64,000 nt of DNA from an uncultured Elusimicrobia bacterium (GCA_963702895.1 OY969767.1:1504001-1568000); one strand, 5' to 3'; shown: positions 1-10,325, numbered from the stretch's first letter. The notes: generated by a model not told the origin, from the letters alone. A program made the numbers and translations.

Positions 1-701
1 AACCGATAGAAGTCCCTTTGCGCGTAAAGGCGCTGGTGCTCATCGATCGAGCGGGAGGCGGGTTTAAAGGACGTTTGCTGCACGAGTGGATAGTTTTTCC
101 ATTTCCCCCCATCAGCCACTTGAAGAAGCGCCACCGCGTAGACCGCGGAGGGCTGGTCGTCCCGCAGCGCACTGGCGTCCGAATGAGCGCAAAGAAGCCT
201 CGCCTGGGGCCCAGCCGGAGTCAAGAGAACACGATAAGCCTGCGTCAGATAGGGACGAGGAACGTTCAACTTGCGCTTCTTGAGGTAGGCCGACATCCGG
301 TCGAGGAGTTCTGGATCATCCAGAGGCAAAGCGTGCGCGCGGTCCGCGGCCAAAGGAGGTTGTCCGACCACGGCGAGCGCGTAGGGTTCCCCGGCATCCT
401 CACGGTACCAGTGGCCGATACGGGCCGTCCATTCCACGGCCGTACCGAGAGGGTTCGGCCGATACGGTTCAAGGTTGCTGACCTGAGCGACTTTCCCGGC
501 CATCGTGTAAAGGGTGAAGACGTCTTCGGGTCCAGGTTGCTCATAAAACTCCTGATACGAAGCCCAGCCTTGAGCGGGCTCATACTTGCCGATCCCCATG
601 GACACCAGGTCCGAGGTGACAAAAGCAAGAAAATATCGGGTTTCGCCCCACACAGGACAGCAGGTCCAAAGCACACACAGGCCGCCAGCCAGAAACCCCA
701 T
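1..701 (-). CDS. Exported hypothetical protein, 3' end outside the window (not in the ORF track)
   Basis: Manual translation: ATG at 701, open to the window edge (MGFLAGGLCVLWTCCPVWGETRYFLAF...QRLYAQRDFYR). Signal-peptide-like N-terminus, co-oriented with the upstream gene. Confidence 0.65.
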   Translation of the reverse strand, partial: MGFLAGGLCVLWTCCPVWGETRYFLAFVTSDLVSMGIGKYEPAQGWASYQEFYEQPGPEDVFTLYTMAGKVAQVSNLEPYRPNPLGTAVEWTARIGHWYREDAGEPYALAVVGQPPLAADRAHALPLDDPELLDRMSAYLKKRKLNVPRPYLTQAYRVLLTPAGPQARLLCAHSDASALRDDQPSAVYAVALLQVADGGKWKNYPLVQQTSFKPASRSIDEHQRLYAQRDFYR

Positions 702-754
702 CCCACACCGGCTGCCCGTTTTACTTCGCAGGGGACACCTCCCAGAGCTTCGTT

Positions 755-1939
755 TCAGAAAAGGATCTTCAGGAGCTTCGCGATCAACTGGTCAAGCGGT
801 ATCACAAAAAGGACAAGCGGCACGAGTGGCAACAGCGCGGCCGCAGCCGTCTCCAGCACGGCGTCCCGGTCGAAAGGGACGACACGCATCCGGTCCACGA
901 TCGCATAACTGTTCGCCAGATCCGCAAGCGATTGGATGTCGGCAGAACCCAAGAGCACCTCAGAAGAGCCTGTATTCTTCTCGTTCCATTTCCGGTCGAA
1001 GTCGGACACGTAACGGTTCGACAGGGTCCCGTATTCAATTTCCCCCTTCACCTTGGCTCTCCAAAGGGAGGGCATAAACGCGCATAGGGGCCCGAGCGCT
1101 ATCAGCATCAAAATGACAACAAGCACAATCATTTCGAACTTGAAGGAGACGAGACTCGCGCCCTCATAAAGGATCTTACCGGCGACCACACCAGAGAGAA
1201 TGGAGCTCAGCGCAAAGAGGACCGGCGAAAAAGCGGTCGCTGTACGCGAGAGGAAGGAGAGGCCTGCCGCATGATCGGGATGGGTCGGAATAAGCTTCAA
1301 GGGAAGGCGATTCATCCGCCATAGCAAAGAGGTCCACAGGCCCCAGCGGTAAAACCAGCGTAAGAGAATAAACTGAAAGAGCGGCATGCTGACCCAGGAG
1401 TACCAGGCACCCGCAGCCGTCATCTGCGAGCCTTGATCGGTAAACCGGGCGTACCAGGTCGAGGTTTTGAGTGCAATCTCTTGAGAGATCAGGTGGGTCA
1501 CAGCGAAGACTGTGACGATAAGCCCCACCTCGATGGCCGTCGAGTTGCGCCAGCGCAAGACCGAAGCGAGCAAGGATTGAAATCGTGGCAGAGCCTCTGG
1601 CAGCACGATCTCCCGGCCCACAAACTGCTGCAAAGCAGGCTCAAGACGCCTTTGGATGACGCGCTCGGCCAAAATTAGGAGAGGCAGCGCAACGAGAAAA
1701 CGCGCTTGTGTAGCCAGGTCATACACAAACGGGACCGGGACGCCCTCAAGGGCTGTGCCCGCCATAACGGACAATAGGAACGGAGGCAGCCACGCGAAGA
1801 GCGTGATGACCGTGACCCTGCGCCCCAGCAGGTCGAGCGGACCGCTCCCCAGCCGGAGGCGCAGGAGAAGTTGATAAATCGGTCCGCCTGCAGTGAGCGA
1901 AAAATCAAGCGGAGTGCCGGGACGATATTTTTCAGACAT
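755..1939 (-). CDS. Multi-pass membrane hypothetical protein
   Basis: About 8 hydrophobic segments; conserved-looking PTHPD and SADIQSLADL stretches. Start moved to ATG 1939 (G-rich RBS) because the track start at 1975 lies inside a REP hairpin. Confidence 0.8.
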   Translation of the reverse strand: MSEKYRPGTPLDFSLTAGGPIYQLLLRLRLGSGPLDLLGRRVTVITLFAWLPPFLLSVMAGTALEGVPVPFVYDLATQARFLVALPLLILAERVIQRRLEPALQQFVGREIVLPEALPRFQSLLASVLRWRNSTAIEVGLIVTVFAVTHLISQEIALKTSTWYARFTDQGSQMTAAGAWYSWVSMPLFQFILLRWFYRWGLWTSLLWRMNRLPLKLIPTHPDHAAGLSFLSRTATAFSPVLFALSSILSGVVAGKILYEGASLVSFKFEMIVLVVILMLIALGPLCAFMPSLWRAKVKGEIEYGTLSNRYVSDFDRKWNEKNTGSSEVLLGSADIQSLADLANSYAIVDRMRVVPFDRDAVLETAAAALLPLVPLVLFVIPLDQLIAKLLKILF

Positions 1940-1970
1940 TAGAACCCCCTCAGGCCATACGATGAGCAAC

Positions 1971-2131
1971 GTCATCCCCCGCGGACGTTAGCGGGGGAAC
2001 CATCATTACTTTTTCGTTCGCTGATAGACCCCGGGTCTCCACAAGTCCAGCGACCCTCCGCCACATCCGACACACGTCAGTCGGATCCGCCCAATGCGTG
2101 GAGAGCCGGCTTCCAACCGCCAAGGGGTGAC
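1971..2131. repeat. REP-like doublet (GTCATCCCC...GGGGTGAC) with inserted hairpin module
   Basis: Two inverted GTCA-headed GC hairpins; same family as copies at 6.1, 6.2, 15.3, 18.1, 19.1, 24.3 and 44.5 kb. Confidence 0.8.
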
Positions 2132-2157
2132 GTCTCTCTCAATTTTGCTGGCTCGTA

Positions 2158-2898
2158 TCATTTCGATGATGACTGGATATCCTTCTCTACCTGCCGATAG
2201 GCCTGCTCCGACTCACGTGAGACTTTCTCGGACATGTCGCGGACCTCATTGGATAGTTGTTTCCGTTTATCTTTCACCTCTTTATCGATGGGTTTCAGGG
2301 ATTTGGTCAAGCGAGTGACTTCCTTCTTCAGTGAATCCATTTCCTTCTTGGCGCTTTTGCTGTTCTGTTTCGAAAGCTCAGCGATCTTGGCGTTGGACGA
2401 CGCGATGTTCTTTTCAATGTCCTGGCGCCGCTTCAGGGCGCCGCCGATCTCCTTTTCCCATCGCTCCGTGAACTGCTTGAGGGAAGCGATTTCCTTTTCA
2501 TGGTAGGTGACCAGTGCCTGAAGCTGCGGGACAGCTGGCGCGGGTGCGGCGTCTGACACGGCAGGCGTCGCTTCGGATTCCTTCTTGGAAACCGCCGCAG
2601 GTGCAGGTGTCGCGGTCGAAACGCTGACTGCAGGCGCCGCCGCAGCCGCCTCGGCGCTCTTGGCCGGCTCGGCAGCCTTCACGTCGGGCGCTGTTTCTTT
2701 CGCCGGCTCTGCGGCCTTGGTGGGCTCGGCCGCTTTCTCTTCGGCTGCCGCGGGTTTCGCTGGCTCAGCAGCTTTCACATCCGTGACCGCCGCCTTCGCC
2801 TCGGTTCCCGTCGGCTCAGCTTCCTTCTTCTCCTGTGCCCCAACAGCGGACGAGAGGCTCCACACCAGCATCAGCACGAGATAGCGTTTCATGTTCAT
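2158..2898 (-). CDS. Exported protein with Ala/Pro/Glu/Lys-rich linker and C-terminal coiled coil
   Basis: Signal peptide, repeated KAAEP(A/T)K units, Lys/Glu-rich helical C-terminus; GAGGAGG RBS. Confidence 0.8.
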   Translation of the reverse strand: MNMKRYLVLMLVWSLSSAVGAQEKKEAEPTGTEAKAAVTDVKAAEPAKPAAAEEKAAEPTKAAEPAKETAPDVKAAEPAKSAEAAAAAPAVSVSTATPAPAAVSKKESEATPAVSDAAPAPAVPQLQALVTYHEKEIASLKQFTERWEKEIGGALKRRQDIEKNIASSNAKIAELSKQNSKSAKKEMDSLKKEVTRLTKSLKPIDKEVKDKRKQLSNEVRDMSEKVSRESEQAYRQVEKDIQSSSK

Positions 2899-2934
2899 CC
2901 TCCTCGATTTTACTTTGTCAATTTCAATGATCTT

Positions 2935-3711
2935 CTAGAACGAGATCACGACACCTGCAACAAATTGATTAAACAGAGTAAACGTATAAACCTCGTCGTT
3001 ATCGGCGCCGCCTTCGAGCAGCCTGTAGCCGGCTTTAAGGGAAAAGGTCCGGTTGAGATCATACATTCCCGCAAATAAAACGTCCTCGGCTCGGCCTTGC
3101 GGGGCTGCGAGGGCCTCGCCGTCCATCAAGAGATGGAACTTCTCGAAAGGGGTCCATTGGACGAGGAAACTGAAGAGCGGGACGACACCCGTGTTCTTCT
3201 TCTCCGAGACCATGTTCCCGCTCTGGAGCTTGATCGCCGCATCACGCACCTTGAGCGCGCCACCCAACCCAAACTGCCAACTCCCCGGCGTGTCGAACAG
3301 GTAACGGTAGATCAATCGATACGAATCAAACCGGAACGTCGCGTCCACCGAGGAACCTTGAGAAAAGGTCGATCCGTTGAAATCGACATCCTGGTCCAGC
3401 ATCCCATGGGATTCCACGGTCAAGGGCGCGATCAAGACCCCCAGCCAATGACGCTTGGAGAAGGTGTGGCTGTAACGGATCCGGAACGCCGCCGCATTTT
3501 CAGACTCCAGGTCGTCCGTTAGCGAAAACTCGGTGCCTGTATCCCCCGGAATACGGACGTTGATGTAACCGGGCACGACATAAGCCCCTTCCAGGTCAAA
3601 AACGTTCTGAGCCAGCGCGACTGGCACAAGAACAGAACCGATGAGTCCAGCGGCAAAGGCGGTTCTGGCGATCTCCCGACAAAACCCATCTGGCAAGATC
3701 TTGATGCCCAC
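2935..3711 (-). CDS. Outer-membrane beta-barrel protein
   Basis: Signal peptide ending ALA, alternating amphipathic strands, C-terminal Phe (AGVVISF). Confidence 0.75.
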   Translation of the reverse strand: MGIKILPDGFCREIARTAFAAGLIGSVLVPVALAQNVFDLEGAYVVPGYINVRIPGDTGTEFSLTDDLESENAAAFRIRYSHTFSKRHWLGVLIAPLTVESHGMLDQDVDFNGSTFSQGSSVDATFRFDSYRLIYRYLFDTPGSWQFGLGGALKVRDAAIKLQSGNMVSEKKNTGVVPLFSFLVQWTPFEKFHLLMDGEALAAPQGRAEDVLFAGMYDLNRTFSLKAGYRLLEGGADNDEVYTFTLFNQFVAGVVISF

Positions 3712-4472
3712 GTTTGAATAAACCGCCTACAGTTTTCGATAGGTTTCAGGAGCTTCAAACAAGGCACCGTCTGTCTTGACTGAGCCCGCTTCGAGAACCT
3801 CGTTGAGCATCATGACGGTGGGGCCCGTCGCACCGAGGGTTTTCTCCATTTCGATGACCCAGAAGGGACGTTCTGAGCTGGCCAGAGGCTTGCGCTCATC
3901 GGATTCGGGAGGTGCTCCAAGCCCCGCCGCCAGAGAGGCGACAAATTCCGTGATCTCACCCGAGGCTCCGGGAGCCCCTTCCGCTTTCGGTTGCCAGCTC
4001 CAGGCGGCAAGCTGTCGCACGGTCACCCCTTGGATCTGGGCGCGCGCGCCGCGGTAGGCCGCTTGGATCTTCTTGAAGTCTTCTGGGTTGCCGTTCATCT
4101 CGAGGAGCTGTTTATTGAGCGTCCTCAGCAGCCAGCCGAGCGTCAGCTGCTCGGACCGATGCTGGGTTAAGAGATCCTCGCTGAAGCGCTCCTCCGCTTT
4201 CCGAAACTGAACGACCGAGGCGGCTTTCTCGGTCACCCACAGTTTTTCGAGCAGCGTCTCGGTCGCGACCACTTGCCCTGTGCCGGCGTTCGAGAAATCC
4301 ACCTCCACGCGGATCGTATAGGACTGGCATGGAAAACCGTTGACTTTCGCCGAGCCCAGCGGGCCTGTGACACGGGGTTCAATTCGTGAGACTTTGAGAG
4401 AAGCTGGATCCATGGAAGCGCCGGACACCGCCGGGCCGCCCTCATCGAAGGACGGTACATAGGGTGCCACAC

Positions 4473-5744
4473 CACTGGTGTCCGGTAAAAGTTAGCCGAA
4501 GCTTAGCCATAGCTGAGGCTCCATAGTTCGAACTTTTGAAAGATTCTTTTCGGGCATACGCAATAGATCGATGAGACTGAGCCGGTCGAGAAGGGTATTC
4601 TGAACCAACCGGTGCAGCAAGAACAGCGAACGCTGGAATCGTGTCTGGAACTTGATGTAGGCCAGGAGCAGGAAATAGCACAAGGCCACCCAGATTTGGG
4701 TAAAGACGGCATTTTTGGAAGTGCCGAGGAACGTTTTGATTTTGAGATGCTGCTTGAGCCACTTGAAGAACAGCTCGATCTGCCAACGGGCCTTATAGAT
4801 TTGGGCAATGGTGAAAGCGGCCAGTTTGAAGTTATTGGTCATAAACTGGTAAGTGATGGCGGTGTCGGCATCGTAGTAGCCGATGAGTCGTAAAGGTTTC
4901 TTGTATTTCGTCTTGGTGCGTGGGCCTGTAAGCTCAATGGTGCGATCGTACAACAGGCCGTTTTTTAAGGGAATTTCTTGCTGTCCGGTGATGCGGCAGG
5001 TGAGGTTGTCTTTGGCACGGGTGACGAAGAAAGAGCCGAGATCGTCGATCTGACGGTACCAGCCGTAATCCATGTAGCCGCGGTCGAAGACATAGATGCT
5101 GTCCGGTTCTAAGGGAAAAAGACGTTTGGCGGCATGGTCGAAGCACTTTCCATCGGTGATGACGGCAAAGGAAGGGATTTGGCCACGCAAGTCCAGTTGG
5201 CAATGCAGTTTGATCGCTCCTTTGGCCTGTTTAAAGGTGGCCCAAGGGAAAAGGTTCAGGCACAGTTCCATGTTCGTGGAATCGAAGCAGGTCACTTTGT
5301 GTTTAAAACGGAACTGATGCTTAGGCGCGATGGCTTGGCACCGATCCAGCAGGTGATAGAAGAGCTTTTCCATGATGCGCCAGTCGCGCCCAGCGTTAGC
5401 GTCAGCCAGGGTAGAACGTTTCACTGGCGGCAGCCCCAAGTGATAGAGCTTGGGTTGTTGCGTGCCTAAAGCCGTCTGGATGTCACGCAGGCTTGTTTTA
5501 CCGCTGGCCTGAGCATAGAGGAGTGTCGTGAGCTGGTTCCAAGTCGAGAATTTTTTAACGTAGGCGTCGCCGCCGAAGCCAGAAACGGCTTGGTCGAACT
5601 GATGTCGTGGTAAAAGGAGAAGCAGTTGGTTCATTATGGTGTTAGAATGCATGAGCGAAATCCTCCCTCGGACAGAATGGTTTGCTTGGTCGCAATCATT
5701 CTACCGAACCAGGGGGATTTCGCATTTTTAACCGGACACGAGTG
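4473..5744 (-). mobile_element. Complete IS4-family insertion sequence, 1272 bp
   Basis: TIRs CACTGGTGTCCGGTAAAA / TTTTAACCGGACACGAGTG; 9-bp direct repeat GTGCCACAC at 4464-4472 and 5745-5753. Confidence 0.95.
4492..5652 (-). CDS. IS4-family DDE transposase (DUF4372-like N-terminus)
   Basis: DST, FDRGY and YKARWQIELFFKWLKQ (YREK) motifs; intact 386-aa ORF. Confidence 0.95.
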   Translation of the reverse strand: MHSNTIMNQLLLLLPRHQFDQAVSGFGGDAYVKKFSTWNQLTTLLYAQASGKTSLRDIQTALGTQQPKLYHLGLPPVKRSTLADANAGRDWRIMEKLFYHLLDRCQAIAPKHQFRFKHKVTCFDSTNMELCLNLFPWATFKQAKGAIKLHCQLDLRGQIPSFAVITDGKCFDHAAKRLFPLEPDSIYVFDRGYMDYGWYRQIDDLGSFFVTRAKDNLTCRITGQQEIPLKNGLLYDRTIELTGPRTKTKYKKPLRLIGYYDADTAITYQFMTNNFKLAAFTIAQIYKARWQIELFFKWLKQHLKIKTFLGTSKNAVFTQIWVALCYFLLLAYIKFQTRFQRSLFLLHRLVQNTLLDRLSLIDLLRMPEKNLSKVRTMEPQLWLSFG

Positions 5745-6097
5745 GTGCCACACTGTAGGTTTTTGCTTGAGAATCCAAGTGGATCTGAACCCCTCTATCC
5801 AGCCGATCGATGATGGTGGATGTGGCAGGGACCTCCCCGGAAGCCCATCCCTTGACTGTGGTTTTGAGATCGGTGCGCTTCGCCGGATGACTGATCACCA
5901 CACGGCGCTCGGCATCAATCGAAAAACCTGAACTATAGACCGCAACATGGACTTTCGCCTTTGTGGCCGCCTGGCTGAGTCCGGCGAAAAGAATGACAAA
6001 ACATAACGCCTTAGCGGCGGTGCTCCGTATTAAGAATTTCATGACGAGTCTCCTTTGTGCGATTCAATACAAATCTGCCCGGCAGATGATCCGCTTC

Positions 6098-6431
6098 GTC
6101 ATCCCCGCGGAAGCGGGCCCTCCACACAGCCGGCGGGCCCGTCCGCCGGATTTGTGGAGGACGGGGACCCATGAGACTAACCGGAAAACTGTAGTTGCCG
6201 TCACCCCGGCACGTCGTAAGCCGGCCCTCCAGACTACCGGCGGGCCGTCCGCCCTGCCGTGTGGCGGACGGGGTCTATCATCGACGTATAAAACATGATG
6301 GATCCCCCACTTACGACCGTGGGGGATGACGGCACTAAAAAGTCCCGACGTCTCAATCGATAAACAACGCCCAACCGAACGTTTCCGGCTGATAGAAACG
6401 AGGACGAAATCCCCGCTTTCGCGAGCATGAC
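6098..6431. repeat. REP doublet whose spacer contains the MITE at 6178-6392
   Basis: Left half GTCATCCCCGCGGAAGCGGG...GGGGACCCA (about 6098-6171) and right half ATCCCCGCTTTCGCGAGCATGAC (about 6409-6431) bracket the MITE. Confidence 0.65.
6178..6392. mobile_element. MITE family A, copy 1
   Basis: Ends TAACCGGAAAAC / GTTTCCGGCTGA; internal REP doublet followed by GGCACTAAAAAGTCCC, shared with the 24284-24493 copy. Confidence 0.75.
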
Positions 6432-6486
6432 AACAGGGTTGCGAGAAAAGCCACCATCACGCTTTATCAAACGACCAACTTCGTGA

Positions 6487-7521
6487 TCAGAGGATGAGAT
6501 CGATGCTCGATTTGAGCCCCTTCATTGCCGCCTCGTTAAAATCAAACCATTCCGCGGGTTTGGTCTTGCCGGCAGACATTTTTTGGTGCGCGCGGACCCA
6601 GGTGATCGAGATCAGGCGGAATTGCTTCACCTCCTGGTGGATCTGGCTCTCCAGGCGCTGGAGTTCGCGGTGTGTTTCCCGGTAGGTTTGCCAATCCGGC
6701 TCAATCTCCTTCTGAATTTTGTGCATGATATCGAACTTCCCCATCAGATATTTGACCATCGCCATCAGTTGATCATACGTCGGCTTGCCTTGGGGAATGA
6801 GTTTCGGATCGCGAATCTGCTGGCTCTTCATGAGGTCCTTGTAGGCGCTATCGTCCTTACGGCCCGTACGGTAGATGTACGAGAGCGCTCTCAAAACGTC
6901 ATATTTTTCGCGGTCCAGGGCTCCCTGATAGGCAATGACTTCCGCGTAGCGGGTGTCAATTTTCTTTTCCAACTTTCTGGCCACGACACCGGTAGCGGCG
7001 TCAACCTGGTTGAGCGTCTGATCCATAAACCGACCCATTCCGGTGATGAGAGGCTGGGCGGTCCGCAATGCCTCCAGAAGATGCTTTTGCTTTCGGACAT
7101 CACGCAGCACCCCCTCATAATGCCCCGGTGGAAGCTCCAGGGCTTTCTGGATACCGCCCTGGATCTGAGCCAGGTAGTCCGCGTATTGCTGGATCCGCTC
7201 CGATTCGCTGCGGCCCGATTCGGAAATGGTGACGAGCTGGAGGGAGTATCGGACAATACCCTTCAGGACCTTATCCGAGTCATCGGCGGCCTTGAACAGC
7301 GCGGATTCTTCCGGCTCACCCTTGGCAATGAATTCCCTGGTATAGATGGCATTGCCTCGGGTGAACCCGAAATTCGCGTCCTTCATCATGGTCACCGTGG
7401 CGTCGGTGAAATACCCAATATCCGCTTGCGTGCTGGATGTGAATTTCCCGCCGAAAGTCGCACAACCCGTCATCAATGCGGCCATCAGGACAACGATGAG
7501 ACACAATGAATTTCGGCGCAA
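6487..7521 (-). CDS. Helical lipoprotein of unknown function
   Basis: AAGGAGG RBS then TTG at 7521; lipobox LMTGC; coiled-coil-like body. Confidence 0.75.
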   Translation of the reverse strand: MRRNSLCLIVVLMAALMTGCATFGGKFTSSTQADIGYFTDATVTMMKDANFGFTRGNAIYTREFIAKGEPEESALFKAADDSDKVLKGIVRYSLQLVTISESGRSESERIQQYADYLAQIQGGIQKALELPPGHYEGVLRDVRKQKHLLEALRTAQPLITGMGRFMDQTLNQVDAATGVVARKLEKKIDTRYAEVIAYQGALDREKYDVLRALSYIYRTGRKDDSAYKDLMKSQQIRDPKLIPQGKPTYDQLMAMVKYLMGKFDIMHKIQKEIEPDWQTYRETHRELQRLESQIHQEVKQFRLISITWVRAHQKMSAGKTKPAEWFDFNEAAMKGLKSSIDLIL

Positions 7522-7610
7522 GGAATCCTCCTTGGATGTGAGATAGGGTTTGAGCTCTGAGCGGAGTGTGGTCATGGAATTTCGCACCTCTGACACTTCT
7601 GCCTTGACGG

Positions 7611-10325
7611 TCATTTGACGCTTCGAAGGACCGCTTGCCGCCCTTTTTTCAAGAATTCTTCCTGCCCGACGGCCCCGTAGACATGAATGGCCTGGGCCAC
7701 GAGGCCTGTCCAGCCTGTTTGGTGGCTGGCCCCGATGCCCGCTCCGGTGTCCCCGTGAAAGTATTCATAATAGAGAATCAGATCCTTCCAATGGGGATCT
7801 TTCTGGAATTTTTCGATAGATCCGTGAACAGGACGCCGGCCTTTTTTGTCCCGCAGGAAAATCCCCGCGAGGCGCCGGGCGATTTCCTCGCTCACTTCGT
7901 AGAGGGTCATCATCTTCCCGGAGCCGGTGGGGCATTCCACCTTGAAAGAATCACCATAGAAAAGATACTGCTGCCGGAGCGCGCGAAGGAGGAGCTGGTT
8001 CACAGGCATCCAGATGGGGCCGCGCCAGTTCGAATTTCCGCCGAACATCCCCGTATTAGAGTCGCCCGGAACATAATCCACGCGGTATTCCTGGCCGTTC
8101 ACATGGAAAACATAGGGCTTTTTCTCGTGAACCTTGGAAAGCGCCCGGATTCCGTAAGGGCTTAAGAATTCGTTTTCGTCGAGGAGATAAGACAAGAGTC
8201 GCCTCAGTTTCTTCTCATCCACTACGGTGAGAAGCCTCCGGTCCTGGAAGCCTTTGGCTCCGATCGTGCTGTTGGCTGCTTTGAGTTCCGGGTGGCGAGC
8301 CAAGTACGCTTGTATTTTCTCCACCGCACGCGGGAATTTGTTTCGGAGCTCAGGTTCCACAAGGGTAGACGCGCAAAGGGGCAGAAACCCCACCATGGAC
8401 CTGATCCGGAGGCGCTGGTTCTGGCCGTTCGGCAGGCAGAGCACGTCATAGAAAAACCCGTCTTTCTCGTCCCACATTTTGTCATCACGCTCGCCCGGCT
8501 GGTCCATGGCGGCAGAGATGGAGGCGAAATGTTCCACGAACTTGAGGACCATCGATTCATAGACGGGATCGTGGAGCGCCAACTCCATTGCCAACTCCAG
8601 CATGTTCTGCGCGAAAAGCGCCATCCACGCCGTGCCATCGGCTTGTTCGAGATAACCGCCGGTCGGCAAGGGCGAGCTTCGGTCAAAGACGCCGATGTTG
8701 TCCATTCCGAGGAACCCGCCTTCAAAGGCGTTTTTCCCATTACGGTCTTTGCGATTGACCCACCACGTAAAGTTCAAGAGCAGCTTGTGGAAAGAATCCT
8801 TCAGGAAGGCGATGTCCCCTTCCCCTTTTTGCGATTTTTCGATGAGGTAGATGAAGAGCGTCGAAAAAGCGTGAACGGGCGGGTTCACGTCCCCAAAATT
8901 CCATTCATAAGCTGGGATTTGACCATTGGGATGGAGGTAAACCTCGCGCAGCATCAGTTTCAGCTGATCTTTGGCGAAGTCAATGTCAACCAGAGCTAAG
9001 GCCTGAGTGTGGAAAGCCAAGTCCCACGCGGCATACCAAGGGTATTCCCATTTGTCCGGCATCGAGATGATGTCGTCGTTGACCATGTGATACCAAGCGC
9101 GATTTCGGACCGCCTGATTGCCCGATTTGTAGGGATCGCTTCCATGTTCCTGGAGCCACTTTTTCACGTCGTAATAAAAATACTGTTTGCTCCAGAGCAT
9201 TCCGGCGATGGCTTGCCGGTACACCGCCTTCTGGTCGGCGCTCAAGCCTTTTGGCATAGCCTGGTCATAGAAGGAATCGGCTTCCGCTTGGCGGACGACA
9301 AAAGCTTGTTCAAAGGGGTCGCCAAAGGGCGCAGCGAGGTTGGAGGGAGCGGTCTGTGTGAGACGCAGACGAACGGTCTCCGAGCTTTTCGGCTTGACCT
9401 TGAGGAGAAAGTCCGCCGCGGCCTTTGTCCCTCGCTGCTTAGGATTCACATATTTGGCATCCCCTTTGATCAGAGTGTCGTTGATCGCGTCTTTCACATG
9501 GGGGCTCGGATTGGCTTGGCCGTAGAGCCGGTTGACGTTGGTTTCATTTTCCGTGAACAAAAGAGGAACATCGCCTTCGCTGTAGAGGTAATAATCACCG
9601 AGGGCTGAGTGTTCGGCCATCATGACGCTCGTCCCTTTGGCAGCTGGGATTTTCCTCAGAAGCGGTTTGGGAGCGCCTTTGTCCCACGACCAGGTGTTGC
9701 GAAACCACAGATGCGGCAAGAGGTGCAGAGTGGCTTCCTCCGGCCCGCGGTTGCATGCTGTGATTTTGATCAGGATATCGTCCGGCCCTTCTTTGGCATA
9801 TTCCACGAATACGTCCCAGTACCGGTCGTCATCGAAAACGCCCGTATCCAGGAGTTCGTATTCCAGCTCGGTCTTGGACCTTTGGCGGTTGGTGCGGACA
9901 AGGTCATCGTAGGGAAAGGCCTTTTGGGGGTATTTGTATAGGTACTTCATGTACGAATGCGTGGGGGTGCTGTCTAAATAGAAGTAATATTCTTTGACGT
10001 CCTCGCCGTGGTTGCCTTCGGAATTGGTCAGGCCGAAGGCACGTTCTTTGATGATGGGATCTTTTCCGTTCCAGAGGGCGAGCGCAAAACAAAGCCTTTG
10101 CTTTTCATCCGAGAACCCGGCCAGACCATCTTCTCCCCAATGGTAGGCCCGCGAGCGCGCGTGATCATGCGGAAAATAGTCCCAAGCGTTGCCGTCCGCG
10201 CTGTAATCTTCGCGCACCGTGCCCCACTGGCGCTCGCTCAAGTAAGGGCCCCACTTCTTCCAAGAGACACCTTCCCTGGATTCGGCCAGACGCTTCTGTT
10301 CAGCGTTCTTGGTTGTCGATATCAT
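7611..10325 (-). CDS. GH63/MGH1-like glucosidase, copy 1
   Basis: WGPYLSERQWGTVREDYS, SMPDKWEYPWYAAWDLAFH, GGNSNWRGPIW and GASHQTGWTG motifs; 904 aa. Confidence 0.9.
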   Translation of the reverse strand: MISTTKNAEQKRLAESREGVSWKKWGPYLSERQWGTVREDYSADGNAWDYFPHDHARSRAYHWGEDGLAGFSDEKQRLCFALALWNGKDPIIKERAFGLTNSEGNHGEDVKEYYFYLDSTPTHSYMKYLYKYPQKAFPYDDLVRTNRQRSKTELEYELLDTGVFDDDRYWDVFVEYAKEGPDDILIKITACNRGPEEATLHLLPHLWFRNTWSWDKGAPKPLLRKIPAAKGTSVMMAEHSALGDYYLYSEGDVPLLFTENETNVNRLYGQANPSPHVKDAINDTLIKGDAKYVNPKQRGTKAAADFLLKVKPKSSETVRLRLTQTAPSNLAAPFGDPFEQAFVVRQAEADSFYDQAMPKGLSADQKAVYRQAIAGMLWSKQYFYYDVKKWLQEHGSDPYKSGNQAVRNRAWYHMVNDDIISMPDKWEYPWYAAWDLAFHTQALALVDIDFAKDQLKLMLREVYLHPNGQIPAYEWNFGDVNPPVHAFSTLFIYLIEKSQKGEGDIAFLKDSFHKLLLNFTWWVNRKDRNGKNAFEGGFLGMDNIGVFDRSSPLPTGGYLEQADGTAWMALFAQNMLELAMELALHDPVYESMVLKFVEHFASISAAMDQPGERDDKMWDEKDGFFYDVLCLPNGQNQRLRIRSMVGFLPLCASTLVEPELRNKFPRAVEKIQAYLARHPELKAANSTIGAKGFQDRRLLTVVDEKKLRRLLSYLLDENEFLSPYGIRALSKVHEKKPYVFHVNGQEYRVDYVPGDSNTGMFGGNSNWRGPIWMPVNQLLLRALRQQYLFYGDSFKVECPTGSGKMMTLYEVSEEIARRLAGIFLRDKKGRRPVHGSIEKFQKDPHWKDLILYYEYFHGDTGAGIGASHQTGWTGLVAQAIHVYGAVGQEEFLKKGRQAVLRSVK

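Larger units (their letters stand above)
3727..6042 (-). pseudogene. Exported hypothetical protein (344 aa when restored) interrupted by the IS4 element
   Basis: 5' part 5745-6042 (signal peptide, AGGAG RBS) and 3' part 3727-4463 join in frame (...AKTYSVAP|YVPSFDEGG...) when the IS and one target copy are removed. Confidence 0.9.

Noticed and set aside
18..908. 296-aa plus-strand ORF and the 146-aa minus-strand ORF at 266-706
   Set aside because: Shadow or alternative frames; the protein-like frame is minus-strand 1-701, which has no stop inside the window.
1971..2131. tRNA or riboswitch in the multi-hairpin intergenic regions
   Set aside because: No T-loop, anticodon arm or recognisable aptamer; the hairpins belong to the dispersed repeat family.
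4473..5744. IS4 element as the autonomous partner of MITE family A or B
   Set aside because: Its ends (CACT.GTGTCCGG) and 9-bp duplication do not match the TA- or TTAG-flanked MITE ends.
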